Positions 1-9,646 of a DNA stretch of 64,000 bases are shown here, piece after piece. Source of the DNA: Caecitellus pseudoparvulus. Lineage: Eukaryota; Protista; Bigyra: Bicosoecida. The position numbers and the translations under genes were made by a program. Position 1 is the stretch's first letter; every line of letters begins with the position of its first letter. The notes under the pieces were generated by a model that was given only the letters and a program-made list of their open reading frames with translations, was not told the DNA's origin and ran no database searches. Where the stretch lies: the NCBI GenBank assembly GCA_965644315.1, contig CBFFRQ010000078.1:248001-312000 (forward strand), read 5' to 3'.

Positions 1-150
1 AACTGGCAGGGCTTCAAGGGCGCCAAGAAGCGGCGCCTGGGCGGCATCAAGAACGACAGCATTCGCTATGGTGTCAAGGCGGCCGAGGCAGCCAAGGCCG
101 ACACAGTCTCTGCTGCGGATGAGAAGGTCTTCAAGAGCAAGTGGAGGTGA
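1..150 (+). CDS. 3' end of a gene entering the window (possibly DNAJC8-like C-terminus)
   Basis: Frame 1 is open from base 1 (NWQGFKGAKKRRLGGIK...KVFKSKWR) to TGA at 148-150 with high-GC3 codons. The W-x-x-F followed by a basic stretch loosely recalls the DNAJC8 C-terminus; the identity is weak. Confidence 0.45.
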   Translation, partial: NWQGFKGAKKRRLGGIKNDSIRYGVKAAEAAKADTVSAADEKVFKSKWR

Positions 151-176
151 ATTGCCCGCCACACCCCGCCGCGCGC

Positions 177-1241
177 TCAGGCTTGCGCAGCCGCTGCAGT
201 GGAGGCACTGGAGCCATACGATGAAGCAGCCGTGGCACTACCAGCCGTGGCGCCCTCTCCTTCGCCGCCCTCGCCAGGGCTGCCCCCCCCTTGCTCTGGG
301 CGCTCCATGAGGCGTGTGCGGGCAGCGTCCTCCCGCTCTCCTCGGCAGAACACGTACAGAACCAGCAGCACCGGCACACCCACGAAGGCTGCCGTGAGGC
401 CGAATGCCACCCCTAGCCCAGCCGGCCCTGCAAAGGCAGGTGCGCTTTGGAATGCTCGTGGGGTTCTGGAAGGCGTCGTGGGCGTGGGGGTGGAGGAAGG
501 GGGGGCGCTGGGGGACACGGACGGGGAGGGGGAGGGCGTGGACGATGCCTGGATGCACACAGCCGCGTCCAGGCACTGCGCGTACACCTCGAAGTTCGGC
601 CCGTCCGACTGGCGCACCGCTGGGCGGCCGCCATCCAAGTCGGCAGAGCAAGACAGGCCAGTGTCCAGGTCCTGGCCGAGCGGCAGTTGCAGTGTGGACA
701 GGCCGCTGCTGGAGCCACCAACGCAGTCAGGTGTGCTGGGCACCAGCACTTCCACTGTCATGTTTGCAGTGCAGCCCCCCCCCGCGCCAGGCGCGAGACA
801 ATTCAGCCACACACACGCGCCGCCGTACTCCGCACCTTCCGCCGTGAAAGGCAGGTCTGCCATGGTGGCCTGCGCCCACGCCATGGAGGGGGCGCCGCCT
901 CCGAAAGCCTGCAGTGCCACCGTCTTGTAGAAACTCCCGCTGGGAAGGGAGGCGTCTGTCGTGTTGCCGCAGCCTGGCGCCAAGGTAGACCCCACCTGCA
1001 GCTGCAGCGAATCTCCAGCAGCGTTCTGCACCACAGCGCTGAACCTAGACACCGCGCCACACTCCACACCACCTGAAGGTAGCCCCACAGACACACGGTG
1101 TTCACCAGCGCCTCCGCTGAATGCGGCTGTGCTTGTCAGTGCCACATCTGCGTTGGGCAGGGCTGGGGGCTGGCTGGCTGCTCGCTGCGCCAGGCAAGCA
1201 ATGCTTGCCGCAAGCAGCACATGACGCAACAAGCGAGCCAT
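177..1241 (-). CDS. Predicted type I membrane protein (signal peptide, Cys-containing ectodomain, Pro/Ser/Thr stalk, one TM helix)
   Basis: 354-aa ORF with N-terminal hydrophobic signal (MARLLRHVLLAASIACLA), several Cys, a PSPSPSVSPS..PTPT stalk, then the TM segment GLGVAFGLTAAFVGVPVLLVLYVF followed by a charged tail. Confidence 0.7.
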   Translation of the reverse strand: MARLLRHVLLAASIACLAQRAASQPPALPNADVALTSTAAFSGGAGEHRVSVGLPSGGVECGAVSRFSAVVQNAAGDSLQLQVGSTLAPGCGNTTDASLPSGSFYKTVALQAFGGGAPSMAWAQATMADLPFTAEGAEYGGACVWLNCLAPGAGGGCTANMTVEVLVPSTPDCVGGSSSGLSTLQLPLGQDLDTGLSCSADLDGGRPAVRQSDGPNFEVYAQCLDAAVCIQASSTPSPSPSVSPSAPPSSTPTPTTPSRTPRAFQSAPAFAGPAGLGVAFGLTAAFVGVPVLLVLYVFCRGEREDAARTRLMERPEQGGGSPGEGGEGEGATAGSATAASSYGSSASTAAAAQA

Positions 1242-2029
1242 GCTTGGGGCTGGATCTGTGGATAAAAGGGGGCAGGGGCAGCTGTGGGATCTTGCAGCGT
1301 GCAGCTGCAGGACGTCTCGGCAAAGCGCTGTGGTTCAGTAGCCCGGCTGCGGAAAATGACAGTCCCAGCGCGCAAGCTTCAAGCGAAGGGGAGCAAGCAC
1401 AGCCACACCCTTGAGACCGAACGCTGCAAAGAGAGCCACCAAATACTTGCCTCTAAAATGCCTGAGGATCTAGACGCTCGATGACGCCACCGATGCAGCG
1501 GAGCGCCTCCCCGGGCGCGCGTGCACCTTGGCGAAGCACTGGCTGCGTGAGCCGCACGAGAGCCTGGCCTGGACACGAGCAGTCTAAAGCAGGCAAGGAA
1601 ACCTTGGCCTGGCCTTGTGTGGCCTGCGACGTGTGGGTGTACAGCGCTTTTCTTTTGATCATCCGAGGGTCTGCAGTTCTGCAGTGCTCCAAAAGGCGCA
1701 AGAAGGGGACCACTGACAAGATATCTTTTTTTGGCTCAGGCGAAGACGCAGTTGGCTTTCGCCTATCGTGAACATGCACGCCCACACGTTTCCGGAAAGT
1801 GGTGCAAAATGAGGGCCCCTATTCCACAACATACTGCGCTTGCTGGCGCAGCAAGTCAAAACGTGTCCACCGGCATGTGTTTGTGTTTGGGCCCCGCAGC
1901 AAACAACAGCCAGCAGGCAAAATCAAACCCTCGACGGAACGCCTCAACACACAGGCAGAAAGCTGCTCAACGGAGCACTGACAGCGTGAATCGAGATGGA
2001 TCCGCCTCGCATCCAGGCGTACAAGCGCC

Positions 2030-2445
2030 ATGAGCAAGCCATGGCAGATCAGGCAGCAGCCTCGAGGAGGTGAGCCGATGTCGCATCGCACCCTGCCTGA
2101 GCCGGAGCACCGCATCGCCGGCTGCGTGAATTTTCTCAGGCGCCTTGCAGAGGAAGAGAAGGGAAAGTTTATTTCACGCCTGACCAATAAATCTGCGAAC
2201 CCCAAAGAGATCCGGGCTCGGCAAGCCACGTGAGACACCTGCGACGTTTCGCGCGCGTTTCGGCGCTGCCACGTCCACCCTCACGCCTCCCACTGCACAG
2301 GGTGGAGGCTGAGATGAAAGCTTTCGCAGCAACACTGCTCCGTGTGCGGCAGGCCCGCATGCGGAAGCTGTATGAGGAAGAAATGGAGCAGTGGCAGTCA
2401 GAGCTGCACTCGCGTGGCCTCGCCATTGAGCGAGAGGTCAAGTGA
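2030..2445 (+). CDS. CFAP141 (C1orf189)-like small ciliary protein; exons 2030-2229, 2301-2445
   Basis: A GTGAGA..CAG intron at 2230-2300 (71 nt) joins the two ORFs in frame. The C-terminus LLRVRQARMRKLYEEEMEQWQSELHSRGLA resembles the CFAP141 pattern VR..L..L...E...Y..EL...G.A. Confidence 0.6.
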
Positions 2446-2820
2446 GCTGGCCGGCCCGGACAGTGACATGGAGCCCCACAGAAGGGCACATGGAACCAAG
2501 CTGGTGCGCACTCTCAGCGCCCTTAAAGTGGATCGAAGCAGTCGCTTGTTCTTCGGAGGAGCAGGCTCGTGGATTCCAGGGCCGCGCATGCCTGCCCTCA
2601 GCCCTGCTGTCATTGGCACCAAATTCAACACAACAGCTTCTCATCATCGTGACGGACCGTTGGTTGCAGCTGGCTTGCTCCAGATCTTTTGGCTGTCGCG
2701 CTGGACGCGCCGTGGAGTTGCCAGCGACGGAGCGTAACGCCACTGGTCTGAGTACTCCTGCCTCAGCACTCTGCTTCAGGGCTTGGGAGCGCGGGCGACT
2801 GTGGGAGCCAGCCGGAGAGA

Positions 2821-5041
2821 ATGACGACACCTTCCTTTCATTTTTCGACGGGCCACAGTGTGGCCGTGGGCCGGGTCACCCTCGGAAACTGTGAGGAGAG
2901 CCTGGCGCTGGACCTGCTGCTGAAACGCCACGCCACACCTCACGCCGAGCGCAGTTGACGGGGAGCACCTGAACTTGGCCTGTGGGACGACAGGAGGAAA
3001 GGCATTCATTCATGACGCCCACAACAAGCTCCACAAAGGGGACACCGGCAGCCGCCTGCTGAACCTGAACCGGGAGGTGACTTGCCTGGCTGCCGGCAAT
3101 GTGGGGCCAGCGGGTGGCGCAGCCCAGCTTGCCATTGGCGGCGCCACCTCGCTGCAGCTGTACGACTCGCTGGCAAACCGCGATGTGTTCTACAAAGACG
3201 TCCCTGATGGCGTGTCCGCTGCGGCCGTGGGGCGTGTGGACGGAGTGGAGGGCGCCATGGCTCTGGTGGGTGGCAACTGCACCGTGCAGGGCTTCGCAGC
3301 CTCTGGCGCAGAGGAGTTCTGGACCGTCACAGGGGATGAAGTGGCTGTCATGCAGCCCATCCGCAGCGCCTCTGGCAAGGCTCACCTCCTCGTGGGCAGT
3401 GCCGACTTCGAGCTGCGGTGGTTGTCAAGCGAGACTGCAGTGGCGGAAGCCACCGAGACCGCGCGCCCATTGGCCCTGGCGCCAGTGCTGTCCATCCCAG
3501 GGAAGGTGCTGTACAGCCTGGACAACGGCACGGTGGGGATGTACACAGGGCACCGGCGCTCGTGGCGGCTGAAGACCAAGTCCACCTCCCACGCCCTCAC
3601 CTCCTTCGACATGACCGGGGATGGTGTGGAGGACGTGTTGGTGGGGTGGGCCAGTGGTACCGTGGAGGCCCGCCGTGCTGACACAGGCGCCTTGATTTCC
3701 AAGGACGTCTCCTCCGACCCCATCGCAGGGCTGGTCGCGGGGGACTACAGGGGGGACGGGCGACGTGTGGCCCTGGCGGTCACTGCCAGCGGAGCAGTGC
3801 GAGGCTACACGCCCGCCACTGGCGAGCAGGACTCCCACGGCGCACAGGCTGATGCTGACCTCATGGCCTCCCTTCGAGCCGCCAAGTCTGCCTTGGACCG
3901 GGAACTGCGCACAGTGGAGGTGGGGCTCAAGGCCACCACGGGGGCTGCCTCTGTCGCGGGCGCAGCCAGTATCCCGGCCTCCACATCAGTCTCCCTCACA
4001 CTGCAGCTGAACGGCGCATCAGGGCAGCTGGAGCTCGTGGCCAGCACGAACAATGACTGCGTCATCAACACCATGGTCGTCTTCAGCTTCGACGGCGTGC
4101 TGTTCCCAGGCGAGTCACAGGTGCTGGTGCCGCCCACCCCCTCCCGCACAGCCCGGGTGCCCCTGACTCCCCAGCGCGACGCAGCGTCCACTGCCACAGT
4201 GCAGGTCATGGTGGCCCTGCGCCCCTCCTCCACCGCCTTCCACGTCTTCGAGGCCAAGCAGGACATCCCCAAGTTTGCAGCCTACGCGTACCAGGGCGCT
4301 CGCCAGCCACCCGCATGGCAAGCCCCTCCTGGACACGTCTCTTGCATCATGGTTGAGCGCGCTGCTCGCCTGGCCATGTGGGTGGCGCAGTCATTCGTGG
4401 TTCCGGAAGGCGCCGGCACGGCAGCCGCAGACGGCAGCTACAGCGCCTACTTTACCTGCTTGCGGGACGGCAGCGGCTTGCACGTGTCCATGCAGCCGAA
4501 AGACCCCTCTGCGGCGGTGGGCCCGACAGGGGGCGCCTCGCGCGTGACGGTGGCCTGTAGCAGTATGGAGACAGCGGGGGACATCCTGCAAGGCATCGCG
4601 GCTTACTTTGGCGTGGGCTCGCTGCGGTCCGAGGCAGACTTCCCACAGGAGTGCGGCCGGGTGGCGGAGCTGGCTGAGAAGGTCGGCCAGCTCTCTGCGC
4701 TCCGGCAGCGCTTCTCAGCAGAGATGGCGGACGCCTCTCATGGTATCAAGCTTGGCGTGGTGAAGGCGGAAGACGCCCGACTGCTAGGAGACATGACGGG
4801 CTTGAAACGCAACTACGCCGAGCTCATGGCAGTGAATGAGCAGTTGCTGGGGGAGTACTCCAAACGCGCATCGCACCACACAGAGTTGGTGGGAGCGCTG
4901 AAGGAGTTAAACGGGTACATCCAGAAAGCGTCCAGGCTACGCGTTGGCGAGCCCGCGACTGCTTGTGTGGCGGCCTGCCGGGAAGCCATCCGGAAGACCG
5001 AATTCCTCGCCCTGCCACGGGTGATGATGAGTGGCGAGTGA
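2821..5041 (+). CDS. BBS2: Bardet-Biedl syndrome 2 protein (BBSome subunit); exons 2821-2890, 2955-5041
   Basis: Spliced N-terminus MTTPSFHFSTGHSVAVGRVTLGNFDGEHLNLACGTTGGKAFIH matches the BBS2 start (intron 2891-2954, 64 nt). Contains DVFYKDVPDGV, ALVGGNCTVQGF..G.E.FWTVTGD and VVKAEDARLLGDM...IQKASRLRVG. Confidence 0.95.
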
Positions 5042-5234
5042 GCGGTCGGGCACCTTCCGAGCTCAGCCTCACGCCAGGCAGTGCAAGGGAAAGCTATTCG
5101 CTGTCATGGCTCGATGCGCGATCGGCCACTCTACTTCGCTGACGCCGTAAAACTGAGCCATCTAAATACACAGAGATTGCACAGCCTCTCAGCTCGCACA
5201 TTTGTCGCCCGAACTTCCCCGCTTTTCGGGCGAG

Positions 5235-7058
5235 ATGGCTGCACAGGGCTCCTTTGACCCCGCCGCACACCAGTTGCAGCTCTCCTTGGTCGTTGACTTC
5301 TTGAAGCAGCATGGGATGGGGGACAGCTTGGCGGCGCTCACAGAAGAGATCGGAGCAGACAAACTTATCTTTGATCGCCCTTCGCTCGTGAAGTCTCTGC
5401 GCTTGTCGAAATTCGCTGAGAAAGGTGCCTGGCGTTTCACCACCGTTACGCATTGCGCCCAAACCTGCATGCGCAGCACTTTCTCCTCCTGACTCGCAGC
5501 TAGAGGCAACCCCTCAGCGCTGGAAGTCATGGTGTCCTACTTCTACAAATCTGACGAACTGCAAGGGCCGCCCGCGCAAACAGCGGCTGATCCTCCGGCT
5601 GCTCCTGCAGAAAGCTCTGAGCCACCCGTGCCGGGTGTAGGCTCTGCCCCTCCCACAGCTCCGGTGCCGCAAGACACTCCACAGACGACACAAAAGCTGC
5701 ATGGAACGCCAGCGCAGCCCGTCATTTCAGCATCGCCTGCGCCCCCTGTGGCAGTGCCGGCCCAGCCAAGCATCGTCCAGCCGCCCGTTGCTGTTGAGCA
5801 AGCCAGTGACGCAGACAAACCAAGTGGCTTCTGGGCCAACTTGCAACGCAGCAAGGAAGGATCAACAAGTGCTCCCCCCTCGACTGAACAGGCCCACACC
5901 GCCCCCCCACCCCAGCCTATCCCCACAGCCCCAGACGCAGCAGCCGAGTCCCCCCAGATCTCCGCAGCGCCAGCGGGCGAGGCAGCCGCAGTTCAGCCCG
6001 CTGTCTCTGCGGCCCCGGTCGTGCCATCTGCCGCACAATCAACAGAGGCAGCGCCGTCCCAAAAAGGCGGCTTCTGGGCTCGGCTGCAAGCGGCGAAGGC
6101 AGCGAAGAGTGACGAGCCTGACGCACAGACCCCTGCGCCAGCACCAGCACCAGCACCCGCGCCAGAACCAGCACCAGCTCCAGCAGGAGGAGGGGGCGGG
6201 TTCTGGGCCAGACTACAAGCCCAGAAGCAAGCAGCCGCAGGGTCAGCTCAGCACACTGCCGCTGTCACCGGATCAGCACAACCAGCCGCACACGAAACGT
6301 TCGAGTTCACAGCTCCTGATGGCACTGGCTTTCATGACAAACACAAGTACCGGCAGTACATGTATCGGGCATACTACTCCTTCTCCAAGGCTAAGGACAA
6401 GACACTGGTCAAGTTGCCAGGTGAAGTGGATGGCCAGCAGTTCGGCATGAGCGACTTGGACAACTGCACTGCCTTGCTCTGTGACTTCAGCGATGCGGTC
6501 ACGGTTGAGCGCTGCCACAACTCAAAAATCCTCATCGCAGCCAGCTCTGGCAGCGTCTTCATTCGAAACTGCACAAACTGCACCATAACCTTGGCCTGCA
6601 AACAACTCAGAACTCGGGACATGTCAGACTGCAAGGTCTTCCTGTACAGCAAGACAGACCCCGTCATCGAAGCAACTTCCAGGCTGCAAGTGGCCACCTT
6701 CAACGCAGCTTGCCCCGACCTGGACAAAGCCTTCGCAAAGGCAAACCTGCAGCCCCACAACAACCACTACCGCCGAGTGTTTGACTTTCACAAGGGCAGC
6801 GGCGCCTATGCAATGCCCCACTGGTCCTTCCTGCCCGACGATGCATGGGAGGATTGGACCGTTGATCTGACTGAGCATGGTGTTCACGGCACGCCTGTGA
6901 ATCCCGTCCCAAGAGATGCTGTAGCTGACCCCAGCACCGTGTTGGAAGCAGGCGGCGTCTCGCAGGTCGCCCCGACGACCTCAACACAGTCCCAAATGCT
7001 CTCCTTTGACATCAGAACCACGACTGCCGAGCAAGCTGCGGCATCCATGCCAGCTTGA
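5235..7058 (+). CDS. RP2: RP2/XRP2-like protein: N-terminal LisH motif, Pro/Ala-rich linker, TBCC (cofactor C) beta-helix; exons 5235-5424, 5500-7058
   Basis: Intron 5425-5499 (75 nt) joins LSLVVDFLKQHGMGDSLAALTEE (LisH-like) in frame to the 509-aa ORF. The C-terminal KLPGEVDGQQF...SGSVFIRNCTNC..TLACKQLRTRD...T.PVIE is the RP2-type TBCC domain and retains the Q-L-R arginine finger. Confidence 0.8.
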
Positions 7059-9646
7059 TACAGAATGCAACACACAAACTCCAACATGAGCCAAAACCTG
7101 AAACGCGACTAGTGGACTGCCCGATAGGAATCGTTCAAATATCCCAGCACATGCGACACTATGTGTCTGGGCTCCAACCACGTTGAGCATCTTCGGCGAC
7201 ACCACTCCTGAACACTCGTTCAGGATGACACCCCCACAGTGACACTCAGACAAAGCATGCAGTAGCTGCACTTTTCATTAGTGCACCTAATTCGCCCCAA
7301 ACCTCGAACGATAGGACCCGTTCCTCAAATCTGCACTGCCATCTTGCATACAATCGTGTCTGGCAGTATTCTCTTGAACCCATTGCACCGAAACTGGATG
7401 TGAGGAATGCCAATAGATTTCAACCCATGCCTGGTTCTTCACTCCCTAAAATTTACCACAAAGTCCACAATGTATTTTTGGGCCTCACCAGACAACCAGC
7501 TGGTCAAAGCCAGCAGCAAGCTTGACGACTAAATGAGGTTTAGGATATGTTGCAGAACCCGCACCATTTCTTCTACACCATTCCGCAGTGTACCTCATGA
7601 ACTGTGCGCACACGGCCATAGCAATCTTACAAAAAGCTGAAGCGTCCTGAACACCGGGTACAGTACGTCCCTGGAAAGACAGGATTTCCGTAGCAAAAAT
7701 GAATCCATTGTTTGATCCTTTTCATGTGGCAGAGCCAGCAACTTTTGTGATCGGTAAAGTCCAGGATGCACGAGATTGCGACCAATGGGTGCAAGGCAGC
7801 CTGCACTCGATGAGATGTGGGTTGGCAAAATTATAGACGCATTGCTTTTATTTTGTAAGCGTGTTCGTTAAAAGGCATGAGTTTTAGATCTGTCAGGCAC
7901 TCGTCTCGTCGGTGCAATCACCCGGGAGAAAGGTTTGATGTGCTGGCTGATGTACATCACGAGGGGCAACCCCAATGGGAACGCAATGTCAGGCAAAAAT
8001 GATCGGGAAAGTTGAGCAAGGTTGCAGCACATATGCCGAAGCTCCACCACGTTGTTGTAAATTTGTCACGAAGAAGTACACGAACAGAGAGGGTTCATAC
8101 AGGAAACGGTGAGCTGAGGAGATCATCTGGTGTCCTACCCACTGCAAGGACTTGGACAACGGCAAGATGATCAGCGGAAGCAAGGATGTGAGAATCGTTA
8201 TCGGAGCGAGAGATTCTGTTTGGTTGTATAAGGATTCATTCGTGTCTATTGTGTGGTGCCTGAATTCTGTGCGGTAGAGTCTCACGCGCAAATCTGGAGG
8301 GTATGTGAACAAGTCAGTTTCAGCAGACAGGTCTGAGCTTGTGCAGGATTGGCCAGGAGCCTATGTGGCCGTCATCTAGCGAACCTTTGGAGACTTAATG
8401 TGTGTACTTTGTGAAATAGATCGCAAACGTGTGCTATGCTCTAAGAAATTTTCTCGTTGTGGCGTCTTTAGCCTCTGCTGGATCTGAATCGTTCAACCCC
8501 CCTGGCAAGTAAGGATGATTCGTTTTTAAGCAAAGGATAATTTATGTGCATGGTTGTGCAAACTCCGTTTGTATGCTTGAGAGGAGACCCGAACAAGTCC
8601 AGCACTCCGTTTAAGGTTCTAGGAAAGAATGCAAAATGTTATGTGTTTGCTGAAAGATGGAAACGCATCCATGTGATCGGTATGCTTGTACATGTGCCAA
8701 ACAATGTGTTATTTCTTTGTTCGAGATTGCAGACTCCGTCGCTTCTGGTGGAATTGCCCATGTAAAATCGTGCCAGTGTGTCATTTCTTCTCTTGAGCTC
8801 GTGCAGCAGTGCTAAATATCGCTTCTCAGTTCAGATTTTTTGTCGCTGATCAATACGAGCCAGGTTTTTTTCACGTTTATTGCGATGCAGACCTCTTCGT
8901 TTGTCTTTGCTCAGTCATCTGTCCTAAGTATTTAGGTATGTGTATGAATTATAGCATACTGCACCTTGCTTGCGTTTAGTTTCTCCCTTCTCAGCCTGAT
9001 TCAGGTTCCAGAGATAAGGGAAGTTGCTCTAGAGTGGGATGATCTTTGCATCTTGTTTCTTTTGTGAAGCTTTGTTGAGTTGACGCTAGGCAAGGCTTTA
9101 TGTCAAGTAATCGAGAAGAATGTGCCAGCCAGAGAGCCAAGCAGCGCTGCCTTGCAAGATCGTTCTTCGCGTTGCTCTCTTCCCCTGAAGCGCAGTCTGG
9201 TGCCCAGTTTGTGATGCTGAACAATTTAGGGTCTGCGTGTATTGTATAATGAGCACAAGTCAGGTCATGTAAAATCTATTGCACTGATTGGTTCTCGCCC
9301 ATATCTGTTCATGTTGCGTTGCCTTGCCTTCAGCTTGCAAATGAAGTCAGTTCGTGGCTCATTTTCGACTCTTTCCTGTTCGCAGTCCAAGTTGAGTGGA
9401 AGTCTTCTTTTCTTTTCCCGCTTGAATCACCAAGCAGGTTATGTTTCTGGCGAGCCGTAGCTTGAATAGGCGCATTTTTTGGGTTAGTGTGCAGTATTCG
9501 ACATTTTCGGGACGTCTGTGTCGTAAAAGTCGTCGTTGAATGAAGCAAAAGTGCTGTAGTTGCGTCTTGTTTGCTTGTACTCTTCAGGTCACTGCAATGT
9601 TTTGCTGACGTTGCAGCTCGTTGGGCAGGTGTGTGTTGGGTCTGCA
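7059..9646. other. Low-GC non-coding island with strand-skew inversion (candidate centromere / replication origin)
   Basis: Hand counts give ~37-48% GC in sampled 60-nt lines versus ~65% in typical genes. No credible ORF. C/A-rich on the left, G/T-rich on the right. The composition is seen directly; the function is inferred. Confidence 0.45.

Noticed and set aside
1242-2029. Short ORFs and an imperfect hairpin (AGGCGAAG..CTTTCGCCT near 1738-1764) in the divergent spacer
   Set aside because: No recognisable protein motif, and no match to conserved U1/U2/U4/U5/U6 sequences beyond a few bases. Most simply a bidirectional promoter/UTR region.
2230-5499. Uniform intron sizes suggesting Introner elements
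   Set aside because: The introns share only splice/branch-like motifs (GTG.., CTCAC/CTGAC, CAG) and no extended sequence similarity or terminal repeats.
6130-6190. Tandem CCAGCA-type repeats (also 44430-44500)
   Set aside because: They simply encode (Pro-Ala)n linkers; not a CRISPR array or satellite.
7059-9646. Endogenous virophage, retrotransposon or DNA transposon as explanation for the low-GC island
   Set aside because: No long ORF and no TIR/LTR/TSD seen. Fragments such as VQYVPGK (~7660) and DNGKMISGSKD (~8160) are too short and are flanked by stops. A highly decayed element cannot be fully excluded without a homology search.
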